In this document: positions 52,696 through 60,868 of the stretch, piece after piece | Layout: each line of letters opens with the position of its first letter | Position numbering within the stretch: the stretch's first letter is position 1 | DNA from: a virus | Strand: one strand, 5' to 3' | Virus record (IMG/VR): IMGVR_UViG_3300045999_013278 | Span: 8,698-72,697 of that record | Length of the DNA: 64,000 nucleotides | The notes under the pieces: model-generated | The model's input: only the letters and a program-made list of their open reading frames with translations | Database searches by the model: none | What the model was told of the DNA's origin: nothing | Made by a program: the position numbers and the translations under genes

Positions 52696-52901
52696 ACACA
52701 ATAAAAATACTTCATATAGAGGTATTGTGGCAGATGCTTTATAACATAAAAGAAAGCGTAGAAATATTGGAAAAACAATCTGTGGCGCAGGAGAAAAGTA
52801 AGGATTATAAAAATTATTATAAATCCTTTAAATACCTAAATCAGTGCCGCTGGAAAGTTTTGGAGATTAGCAAAGAAATAGAAAGTAGGGTTTTGAAATA
52901 A
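52683..52901 (+). CDS. hypothetical protein
   Basis: overlapping ORF between two MTases. Confidence 0.5.
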   Translation: MQFLNTIKILHIEVLWQMLYNIKESVEILEKQSVAQEKSKDYKNYYKSFKYLNQCRWKVLEISKEIESRVLK

Positions 52902-53917
52902 TGAAAAAGTTTTTATGGTTTTCGCATTTTAGCGGCGGTGGCGGCTCAACTTTGGGAGCAATCCAAGCTGGGTTTATGCCTTTGCTGGGGATTGAGTGGG
53001 ATAAGAAAGTGGCGGAATTATATGAGAAGAATTTAGGTAAAGTAATTTGCCAAGATATAGGAGAGGTAAGTATCCTAAGTGTTATAAAACATATTCCATT
53101 AAAAGAGGCAAGGGAAAAGAATAATGAGATTTTAGTAATCCAAACTTCGCCACCATGTCAGGAGTATTCCCAATTAAAACTAAATAAAAATCCTAATTCC
53201 GAAAGTGCAAAAGTCATTTGGAAGACAAGGAAGTTTTATGCTTTATTTAGACCTGAATATGTAATTTTAGAAAACGTTAGGGCTTATGCTAAAAGCGAGG
53301 TTTATATTAAATTTAAAAATTACCTTAAGGAATTAGGCTATGAAATAAGTTTTGAGGAGATAGTTAACTGTGCTGACTATGGCGTGCCACAAACTCGCCA
53401 AAGATTAATTACTATTTTTAACTATAGAAATTTCCCTGCCGTAAGGATTAGTTCTACGCATAGTAAAAATAATGGTGAATGGGTAGGATGGTACTCAGCA
53501 ATTGAAGATTTAATCCCTAATTTAAAAGAAGTTAGTTTAACCAGAAAACAACTTAACTCTCTAAGTTTAAGGAATAAAGGCTTTAGTAATGCCAAGGTAG
53601 TCGTAGAAAGAGTTGGCGCAAGAAGTAAGGTGAATAAAATCCGTGAGGAAGATTCACCAATTTGGACAATAAAAGCATCTTTAGGAAGCGATGGAAAGGG
53701 TGCGAATAGGGAAAAGTTAATAGACGTAAGCATAAATGGCGTTGTAAAAACCTTAAACGTGGCGTGTTTGGCCAGATTGCAGACTTTTCCGCCAAGTTAT
53801 GAATTTTCTGGCAAAAACGCCTTGGATGTTCATGTAATTGGCAATTCTGTACCACCATTACTTATTAAAGTAATTTGCGAGGAGATAAAAAATACTTTTA
53901 ATACTTTTGGGGATTGA
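52901..53917 (+). CDS. C5 DNA cytosine methyltransferase
   Basis: FSGGGG, SPPCQ, ENV, PQTRQR, ARLQTFP, GNSVP. Confidence 0.93.
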   Translation: MKKFLWFSHFSGGGGSTLGAIQAGFMPLLGIEWDKKVAELYEKNLGKVICQDIGEVSILSVIKHIPLKEAREKNNEILVIQTSPPCQEYSQLKLNKNPNSESAKVIWKTRKFYALFRPEYVILENVRAYAKSEVYIKFKNYLKELGYEISFEEIVNCADYGVPQTRQRLITIFNYRNFPAVRISSTHSKNNGEWVGWYSAIEDLIPNLKEVSLTRKQLNSLSLRNKGFSNAKVVVERVGARSKVNKIREEDSPIWTIKASLGSDGKGANREKLIDVSINGVVKTLNVACLARLQTFPPSYEFSGKNALDVHVIGNSVPPLLIKVICEEIKNTFNTFGD

Positions 53918-53942
53918 CGGCGGTATATAAAAAGTATATAGT
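53914..53942 (+). promoter_or_regulatory. phage promoter TTGACG-GCGGTA...-TATAGT
   Basis: TTGACG + 17 nt + TATAGT. Confidence 0.7.
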
Positions 53943-53966
53943 AGGATTAAGTTAAAGTTAAAAAAA

Positions 53967-54233
53967 ATGCAACTTAAAATCTTTGAGATAACTGGTGAGT
54001 ATGCTATATGTCACGGCGACGGGCATATCCTTTATGATCACCCTGGGGAAATTGTAGAATTAAGTTTCGAGGGAGTTAGAGTTTTTCATTTTAGTTTCTT
54101 TAGGATATTTTTTAGCCAATTAATTAAGGAATTTTCTTTAGTTGATGTTAAAGATAAATTGGAGACTACTAATATAACGGGAGACGGTTGGGAAGTTTTA
54201 CAAGGAGTTTTTAAAAGCTATGCTAATAACTAA
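53967..54233 (+). CDS. STAS-like (DUF4325-like) protein
   Basis: DG..LY...VELSFEGV.....SFF...FSQL pattern. Confidence 0.6.
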   Translation: MQLKIFEITGEYAICHGDGHILYDHPGEIVELSFEGVRVFHFSFFRIFFSQLIKEFSLVDVKDKLETTNITGDGWEVLQGVFKSYANN

Positions 54234-54345
54234 AAATACTAGGGAAAGATGAGGAAGATGAGAATTTAGTAATTAGCTTAGATGATAGGCTAGAAGTCGT
54301 AAGTCAATATCCTAATTTAAAAATAGTCGTAAGTGAGAAAGTAAA

Positions 54346-54768
54346 ATGCTAATACTAAAATTTGTGGGGAAAATAACTCCTGAAGTAAATCCTGGGATTT
54401 ATATAGAACATCGTTACGAAATAACTAAGGACAGCCCGCAAATATTTATTTTGCCAAAACCTTCAATATTTGATTCCGTTTGTGTAAGTGATGGCGTTAA
54501 ATTTAAGCCACTGGCTATGGATTTTTCTTATTATCGTGTGCCGGGTTTTTGGAATGATGATTTGTACGTAAGGACAGATGTTTATCCATTACTTTGGTTA
54601 TTTTACGCATTTATTGTTTTTTTAGATAGGTGTAACTTAAAGCTCAAAAAAGTAGTCTATAAATTTTTACTGTGGACAAAACAAGGTAAAGATTTTCTTC
54701 CCGTTGGCGAGAGAGTTAGTTCTTGGAGAGAGTTTTTTAAGTTTTATTTAATTAGTTTAGGAGGATAA
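54346..54768 (+). CDS. hypothetical protein, possible TM segment
   Basis: ORF in operon. Confidence 0.55.
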   Translation: MLILKFVGKITPEVNPGIYIEHRYEITKDSPQIFILPKPSIFDSVCVSDGVKFKPLAMDFSYYRVPGFWNDDLYVRTDVYPLLWLFYAFIVFLDRCNLKLKKVVYKFLLWTKQGKDFLPVGERVSSWREFFKFYLISLGG

Positions 54769-54771
54769 AAA

Positions 54772-55065
54772 ATGTTAATTAATTTACCGAAATGCAGAAC
54801 CCATATTAAGTTTGAGGAAATGTATGAGTATTTCTTTACAGAGGCTAACTTCCCAGAATTAGTGGAGCGAAACCTCAATTACGGATGGGAAGGTTTGAAC
54901 ACATATAAGTTTATTAAATTCCTCCAAAATAACAAAATCCAGGGCGTGAATGCAGGGGTAGACAAGCTTTATAGCGTCGCACAGCTTGAAGAGTTGTATA
55001 AACAAATTAAGTCTATCGATCCTGAAGACTGGAAGTCAGGCAATTTAAGTTTTCTAGAAAGTTAA
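54772..55065 (+). CDS. hypothetical protein
   Basis: AGGAGG RBS. Confidence 0.6.
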   Translation: MLINLPKCRTHIKFEEMYEYFFTEANFPELVERNLNYGWEGLNTYKFIKFLQNNKIQGVNAGVDKLYSVAQLEELYKQIKSIDPEDWKSGNLSFLES

Positions 55066-55089
55066 AGGTTAAAGTAAAGGTAATTTAAA

Positions 55090-55749
55090 ATGTCTCATGA
55101 ATTTAGACTCGCTTGCAAAACCTGTAATTTAGAAACAGAAGAAGTTAATCACGCTCAAGAAAGTATTAAAAATTTCTTGAGTAAGTGGGAGGAAAATAAA
55201 AACGCCCTAACTAAAGTATTAGATTTAGGGTTGTTTGATATTGGTGATGTGCGCGAAAGTTTTAGGTCTAAATCACTTCCTGTAGATATTTATGAATTTA
55301 TGCTTTTGCATGAAAATCATGAACTAGTAATTAGGTCAGAATACACATCTGTAGCAGATGAGGTAATTAAAGCTAAGGTAAAAAAAGCGTTAATTTTTAA
55401 GCTAGAGGAAGAATTTAACAATTTATTTACTGTTAAAGAAAATGGCTATGGGTACATAAAGTTAAAAACACCATTTACTTTACCGGATGGTGCAATTATA
55501 GATGTTTACTTAAAGCTAAATAAAGATGGAGACGTAGAGCATATCACCGACTTAGGATGTACATTAGGGTGGGTCTATGTAAACTGCCACGAAGAAGATA
55601 GAAGTGCGGATTTTTGGGAGAGGGTAAAAGATTTTGATGTAGGTTTCATTGGCGAAACGTTAATTACCAAACCCTCTCCAAATACGGGATTAGTGCAAGA
55701 AGTTTTTAAATTAATTACTGCAACAATTAGAGTTAGTAATTTTATTTAA
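55090..55749 (+). CDS. hypothetical protein with C-terminal DUF1828-like domain
   Basis: TPFTLPDG.IIDVY...ITDLG.TL motif; N-terminal CxxC. Confidence 0.55.
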   Translation: MSHEFRLACKTCNLETEEVNHAQESIKNFLSKWEENKNALTKVLDLGLFDIGDVRESFRSKSLPVDIYEFMLLHENHELVIRSEYTSVADEVIKAKVKKALIFKLEEEFNNLFTVKENGYGYIKLKTPFTLPDGAIIDVYLKLNKDGDVEHITDLGCTLGWVYVNCHEEDRSADFWERVKDFDVGFIGETLITKPSPNTGLVQEVFKLITATIRVSNFI

Positions 55750-55826
55750 CGCCTTAATTTTTTTGCATAAAACTTAAAAGTATCGTAAAATGTAAATATA
55801 GTATATTTTTACACACGCTTTTAAGT

Positions 55827-56546
55827 ATGTCTACGATAAATAAAGGCGACCTGCCTAGATATGAAAATGGCGAATATGGGCAATCTGAATTAACGCAAGC
55901 TGTGGCTAATGCCGAAGTAGCAGCACTCTTAAATCCTAGTAGCGGTGGCGGAGGCTCTACCACGGTTAACTTTGGCACTAAAATAACAGATGCTACTATA
56001 CCTACTGGTGGTGTGGGTAACTTAGGTTGGTTGTCTGCGATTTGGAAACTGATAGGCGATCGCATCCCTCCAAAGTCAGCTTATGAATCCTCAACCACAA
56101 TTACAATTACTCGCGCTGCTACTACAACTTATACTGCTTCTGCACCGAATTTTGATGTTTATGGCGGTCTATTCCAACTTCAAAATATAGGCGAAGCAGG
56201 TAAAGGGATTTTTCTTTCCTATTTTGAAATATCTCTTAATCTATCTTCTGTACCTACGGGTATGACTTCTTTTGCGGTACACTTATACCCTACAGCACCT
56301 ACAAATATTGCAGATAATAGTATCTGGACAATTGGTTCTGACCCTGTTCTAGACCCTGTAGGTTTCAATGTACCTATGAGTTTAGCTAAAGGAGGGGGTA
56401 AGGTTGTTGGCGTTATTAGAGACTTAAATCAATTGTTTATTTTAACCAGTTCAAGTTTGTGGGGATATCTGGTTACTAACGGTGCAATTGCCCCGGCTGC
56501 TAACTCAGAAACAGGGACTATACGCGCTAGGAGTTTTGTACCATGA
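55827..56546 (+). CDS. putative virion structural protein
   Basis: Gly/Thr-rich, beta-rich; coupled (ATGA) to LamG gene. Confidence 0.5.
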   Translation: MSTINKGDLPRYENGEYGQSELTQAVANAEVAALLNPSSGGGGSTTVNFGTKITDATIPTGGVGNLGWLSAIWKLIGDRIPPKSAYESSTTITITRAATTTYTASAPNFDVYGGLFQLQNIGEAGKGIFLSYFEISLNLSSVPTGMTSFAVHLYPTAPTNIADNSIWTIGSDPVLDPVGFNVPMSLAKGGGKVVGVIRDLNQLFILTSSSLWGYLVTNGAIAPAANSETGTIRARSFVP

Positions 56547-57430
56547 GAACTTCTACTAGAATGGTGGTGTTGGGTGGTTTTAAAGGTGTTCTTGATTTAA
56601 TTTTTGCTATAGCCTCTGTCGCTTATGGATTAAGACGGCTTTCCAGGTTTTGGACTGGCGCAGCTATAAGAGTAATGAGAACTAGTGATAACTCAGAATT
56701 AGATATAGGTTTTATTGGAGAGGATTTAGATGTAGTTACATTATTAGCATTTGTCGGTTTGGCCAACGGTGAGGTTGTTATCTGGTATGACCAATCTGGC
56801 AATGGTCGTCATGCAGTTTCAACTACGGCGGGATTGCGCCCGCGCATTGTCGTTAATGGCGTTTTACAAACGCAAAACGGAAAGCCGGAAATCAGGTTTG
56901 ATGGCGTGGATGATTATTTAGCTGCCGCTTCTCCGCTTATTGACACAACGCACAGTTTGTTTATTCTGTTCACACCGACGATTGAAAATGAATTTGGGAC
57001 TGTTTTTGGGCAGTGGAAATCGGGGGAAAATGGCCGTTTTTACGTTATTGCAAACCAAGTATCGGTTGGGCCTATTTCGGCTGGGCGCTTAAACGTAGCC
57101 AACACTTCATCGACGGGAGGCGGAGGCAGCGGAGGTTCAGCCATAGATGTTGCTATTTCAAATACACCCACTTTAATCACATCTATATCAACCACCGGAA
57201 GCGAGCAGTGGAAACTGTTTAAGAACGGCGCGGAATGGGATAGCGCAACAATTTCGCGCGTCTATACGGGGGTCAATAGCGCGATAGGTTCGTTGAATGG
57301 AACTGGATCATTGTTCCCATTTGACGGCACTGTATCAGAATTGATTTCGTTCCCCTCCGTCCTCTCCACCACCAACCGACAAACGCTTGAGCGTAATCAG
57401 GGTAAGTACTACAGCATCACAGTAGCTTGA
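56543..57430 (+). CDS. LamG/arabinofuranosidase-B-like carbohydrate-binding protein (putative fibre/RBP)
   Basis: AYGLRRL....G.AIRV.R.SDN.E.DIGF, WYDQSGNGRHA, FDGVDD, FDG.VSELI, LE....KYY. Confidence 0.75.
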   Translation: MRTSTRMVVLGGFKGVLDLIFAIASVAYGLRRLSRFWTGAAIRVMRTSDNSELDIGFIGEDLDVVTLLAFVGLANGEVVIWYDQSGNGRHAVSTTAGLRPRIVVNGVLQTQNGKPEIRFDGVDDYLAAASPLIDTTHSLFILFTPTIENEFGTVFGQWKSGENGRFYVIANQVSVGPISAGRLNVANTSSTGGGGSGGSAIDVAISNTPTLITSISTTGSEQWKLFKNGAEWDSATISRVYTGVNSAIGSLNGTGSLFPFDGTVSELISFPSVLSTTNRQTLERNQGKYYSITVA

Positions 57431-57506
57431 GGAAAATCATGAAAATTTTGCAACTATTATTTACGATGCTGTCAATAGAATAACTATTAGTGGATAATTA
57501 AAAACC

Positions 57507-57944
57507 ATGACAAAACAAGAATGGCTGCTTTCTCAAATTGCACAATTCCCTCAACTATCTGCTAGGGAATTAACTTCATACCTCAATGACAAAGTATTAG
57601 TAGATAATCCAGTGCCAATAGGTCAAGTATCTGTAGAGACAACTTTAGAAGAAGTTTCAGCAGTAGTCACAGATGCGGAAGTTTTGGCACTAGCTGAAAG
57701 TCCAGTCTATTTAAGGATATTAGATGCTATTGCCCAAAATCGACCTGATTGGATTGTTGGCAACTTAACAACATTAAAACGTGGTGGCAAACTAACCCAA
57801 GCAAGTTTTGATGCAATTTTAGTATTACTTCAAAGGACTCAAATAGACCCTAGCTATCAAGAGCAAATATTGATAAGCCCCGCTGAGTTAGCGGGGTATG
57901 GGGCTATTTTAGTTAGTGATGTTGAGGAATTATTAACTCCCTAA
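57507..57944 (+). CDS. hypothetical protein
   Basis: ORF converging on terL. Confidence 0.6.
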   Translation: MTKQEWLLSQIAQFPQLSARELTSYLNDKVLVDNPVPIGQVSVETTLEEVSAVVTDAEVLALAESPVYLRILDAIAQNRPDWIVGNLTTLKRGGKLTQASFDAILVLLQRTQIDPSYQEQILISPAELAGYGAILVSDVEELLTP

Positions 57945-59447
57945 ACTTCCCCCAAATACTAAATTCTGGGATAAACAAGAATGTGCGCCACTTCCCCCGT
58001 CTACAACATCATTTGTGGGCGGGGTTTTTCTACTGCCGTCAAAAGCATCCACATAAGATAAAAAGTCATCATTCCACCAAGCTCTTAGTATTTTTATCTT
58101 CCCGCTCCTAGCATCCATAGCCCAGGGTTTAGCCCGGGTTAATTTATCGCCAAGAGGTTGGACTCCCTTACAATTACACTCAGGCAAAGCTTTTTTGATT
58201 GTCCTAATTAAGCTTTGTTCATGTCTCCTTGACGCTGAACCGCCCTCTAACTCCCACCGTTGCTTAACTTTTTTACCATCCGCCACGGCCATCGTTACGA
58301 TTTGGTTATCGCCCTCTTCTGCTCCTAACTGTTCCCAGTAAACATCTAAGATGTAATATTCATACTCTCCCGTAAATTTATTTTTAACTTTCATCCATTT
58401 CTGGGATGCACTAAAGCATGAGGATGAAGAGGCAACTTCTTTAGCTGTACTGGCCAAATCCCAAAACCTTAAAAATTGGGCAGAAGTTAAATCCATGCTG
58501 CTTAACTGTTCTTGATCTATTATCTCAAACCACGAACGGTTAAAGACTAATCCTGCCGACCATTTAATCTTCCAATTACCTTTAAGCAATCGCTCCATGT
58601 CAACATTAAGTAATGAAAGTAAATTAGCTTTGTAATCAGGGTTTTGGCTTAAGAGAATCTTATTGTCGTCTAAGGTTGCACTAATAAAAGTTAAGGATTT
58701 TGGCGGCGCAATTTTAGCTAATTCTGGGAATTTAAGCATTAATTCTTCTGCGGAATCTCCCCAGTGAATAACGTTATTTAAGCGGTAAAAGTATCTTAAA
58801 ACGCCTGACCTTTCTTCGATAGGGTATCCCGTCGTAGGGTTAATATACCAATCAATTAATTTAGCTACCCACGAATCTGCGTCAGGGTTACAGGTTGCAT
58901 CAATCCTTGGCTTAACTCCGCACGTACTTCTATTTCTTGAAAATAAGAACCAAAATTGTTTTTCGGTAAATTTATTTAACTCATCAAAGCCAATATAGGC
59001 TATTTGCGCTCCGGGGAATTTATTCTCTACGTCTTTTTCATGTTGAGCGTGACCAAAGCTAATAGCTGCGCCGCTGGGAAATTTCCAATCTAATTTACCC
59101 TCTCTTGGAATTGCACCAGGGACTAAGCCAAATAATTTCTTAGACTCATCCCATAAACCACCCTCTGTTGTTATTTCAGGCGAAGTCCGGCGGAAGATTA
59201 CCGCACCATAATTAGGGTTATCAATATTAATTAAAGACTTCCTTAACAATGCCCACGACTTCCCGCCTCCGCCGGCTCCTCCATATATGCACACATCAGC
59301 GCGCGTATTTACAAAGCTTGTTTGCTTTCCAGGCTGTGGATCTGGAAGGGTAAAAGTTACCGCATTATTCTTAGCTTTTTCGTTAACCTTGGACTTTAAT
59401 AAAGTTGTTGGTGCGCCACTTAAAAAATCTTTTCTTTTGCTTCCCAT
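57933..59447 (-). CDS. terL: terminase large subunit
   Basis: YGGAGGGGKS Walker A, IGFDEL Walker B, ATCNP, RFWDLAS and NDVVD nuclease residues. Confidence 0.93.
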   Translation of the reverse strand: MGSKRKDFLSGAPTTLLKSKVNEKAKNNAVTFTLPDPQPGKQTSFVNTRADVCIYGGAGGGGKSWALLRKSLINIDNPNYGAVIFRRTSPEITTEGGLWDESKKLFGLVPGAIPREGKLDWKFPSGAAISFGHAQHEKDVENKFPGAQIAYIGFDELNKFTEKQFWFLFSRNRSTCGVKPRIDATCNPDADSWVAKLIDWYINPTTGYPIEERSGVLRYFYRLNNVIHWGDSAEELMLKFPELAKIAPPKSLTFISATLDDNKILLSQNPDYKANLLSLLNVDMERLLKGNWKIKWSAGLVFNRSWFEIIDQEQLSSMDLTSAQFLRFWDLASTAKEVASSSSCFSASQKWMKVKNKFTGEYEYYILDVYWEQLGAEEGDNQIVTMAVADGKKVKQRWELEGGSASRRHEQSLIRTIKKALPECNCKGVQPLGDKLTRAKPWAMDARSGKIKILRAWWNDDFLSYVDAFDGSRKTPPTNDVVDGGSGAHSCLSQNLVFGGSLGS

Positions 59448-59627
59448 TTCCTTTAAGACTGTGCTATAATTTATATATAAGTTAAATTATAGATTTAAAA
59501 ATTGCATAGGCGACACAAAGTATTATCCCAGATGAAGAATAGTCTGGGATATTTTTTTTGGATTTTTTTCGTAGATGAAGTGTGTCTAGAGTACCCGCCC
59601 ACTCTCGCCTTACCCCCGCCTTAATCT

Positions 59628-59702
59628 CGACCCCCCCTTAAATAAATTAATTAAAGTCCCGGCACTAAATTTAAAATATTTAAGGATTAAATTAGCGATC
59701 GC
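59628..59702 (+). repeat. 75-bp direct repeat copy 1 ending in HIP1
   Basis: identical to 60276-60350. Confidence 0.9.
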
Positions 59703-59730
59703 AAGATAAGAGATAAGAGATAAGAGATAA
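59703..59730 (+). repeat. heptamer microsatellite (AGATAAG)x4
   Basis: aagataagagataagagataagagataa directly after HIP1. Confidence 0.8.
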
Positions 59731-59847
59731 GCCTTAAATTAAATTAGTGCATAGTGCAGACAAGTTTCGACGCTAAATTAAATTAGCGATCGCAGAATAT
59801 TTTTAACTCATGTATAAAATATAACATAAAATTAATTTAAAATACTG

Positions 59848-59876
59848 TTGCACGACGGTAGAGAGTAAGTTATATT
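59848..59876 (+). promoter_or_regulatory. variant phage promoter TTGCAC-GACGGTA...-TATATT
   Basis: 17-nt spacer, GACGGTA core. Confidence 0.6.
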
Positions 59877-59921
59877 AGTTATATTGAAAGTTAAAAAGTA
59901 AAGAAAAGAGGACATAGGAAA

Positions 59922-60191
59922 ATGAAGACCGTACAGACCATATCTGGAGACAATTTCGTATTAGTTACTGACGACGAAAAGGAGATACCTATCTCCAGAC
60001 CTTACTTGAACCACTGTGATATAGAGTATAGAAAAAAGAAGGAGGAACACTGTGCAAAGTATAACCTTCAGGCACACCATCAAGAACGTTATGGCGAAGG
60101 TCTTTTTCAAGGATACGATTACGGACACGATTTGGGGATAAACGATCCCTTTGCTGAAGAGATATTAGGGTCGGATATCTTGTTAAGATAA
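59922..60191 (+). CDS. hypothetical protein
   Basis: AGAGG..AGGA RBS, own promoter and terminator. Confidence 0.65.
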   Translation: MKTVQTISGDNFVLVTDDEKEIPISRPYLNHCDIEYRKKKEEHCAKYNLQAHHQERYGEGLFQGYDYGHDLGINDPFAEEILGSDILLR

Positions 60192-60209
60192 TACCTTAAA
60201 ATACTCTTA

Positions 60210-60251
60210 AAATAAACCTCTTAAATTAAGTTTTAAGAGGTTTATTTTTTT
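60210..60251 (+). terminator. intrinsic terminator
   Basis: AAATAAACCTCTTAAA...TTTAAGAGGTTTATTT+T-run. Confidence 0.7.
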
Positions 60252-60275
60252 AATTCATACATTATTCTTGACCCG

Positions 60276-60350
60276 CGACCCCCCCTTAAATAAATTAATT
60301 AAAGTCCCGGCACTAAATTTAAAATATTTAAGGATTAAATTAGCGATCGC
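60276..60350 (+). repeat. 75-bp direct repeat copy 2 ending in HIP1
   Basis: identical to 59628-59702. Confidence 0.9.
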
Positions 60351-60483
60351 TAAGGAAATATTTAAGAGTTAAATTACTTAGTCCTAGCTTATACATAAAA
60401 TTAATTTTAAAATACTGTAGCGTTATTTTTAAGAGTGCGCTATTATAAAGAGAGTTAAGGAAGTTAGAAAAGAGGTAAGGAAA

Positions 60484-60720
60484 ATGAAAAATAAAATAGC
60501 AGAAATTAAAGAACTAGTTAAAGAAGTATTCCCTGATTTTAATCAGGAAAACGACAAAGATATAACCCCGACGGCGGTTAGGCAATATATTAAAAACAAG
60601 TTACCAGAAGATGTTTTATTTCAAACGGCAGTTTTAGTTCCATCCCGGATCAATTGCTGGGTAAGAATTGAGAGACTGTGCAACTACTTAAAAACAGTCA
60701 AATACTGGGCTAGTTTATAA
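60484..60720 (+). CDS. hypothetical protein
   Basis: AGAGGTAAGG RBS. Confidence 0.6.
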   Translation: MKNKIAEIKELVKEVFPDFNQENDKDITPTAVRQYIKNKLPEDVLFQTAVLVPSRINCWVRIERLCNYLKTVKYWASL

Positions 60721-60868
60721 CTTTAAATAAGTTATTGCGGTCGAGTGAGTTATGACTCCCGACTTAGGTTTAATGCCTAAGCGATCGCATTCTTAATCCT
60801 AAGAAGTAGTTAAGCTTAGGATTAAGAGTTAACAAAAAGTAAAAAAGTAAAGGAAGAGGTAAGGGAAA

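Noticed and set aside
51775-53917. Restriction-modification system
   Set aside because: No recognisable endonuclease adjacent; orphan MTases are common in phages.
56543-57430. Diversity-generating retroelement target or invertible fibre cassette
   Set aside because: No reverse transcriptase, template/variable repeat pair, invertase or flanking inverted repeats found in the window.
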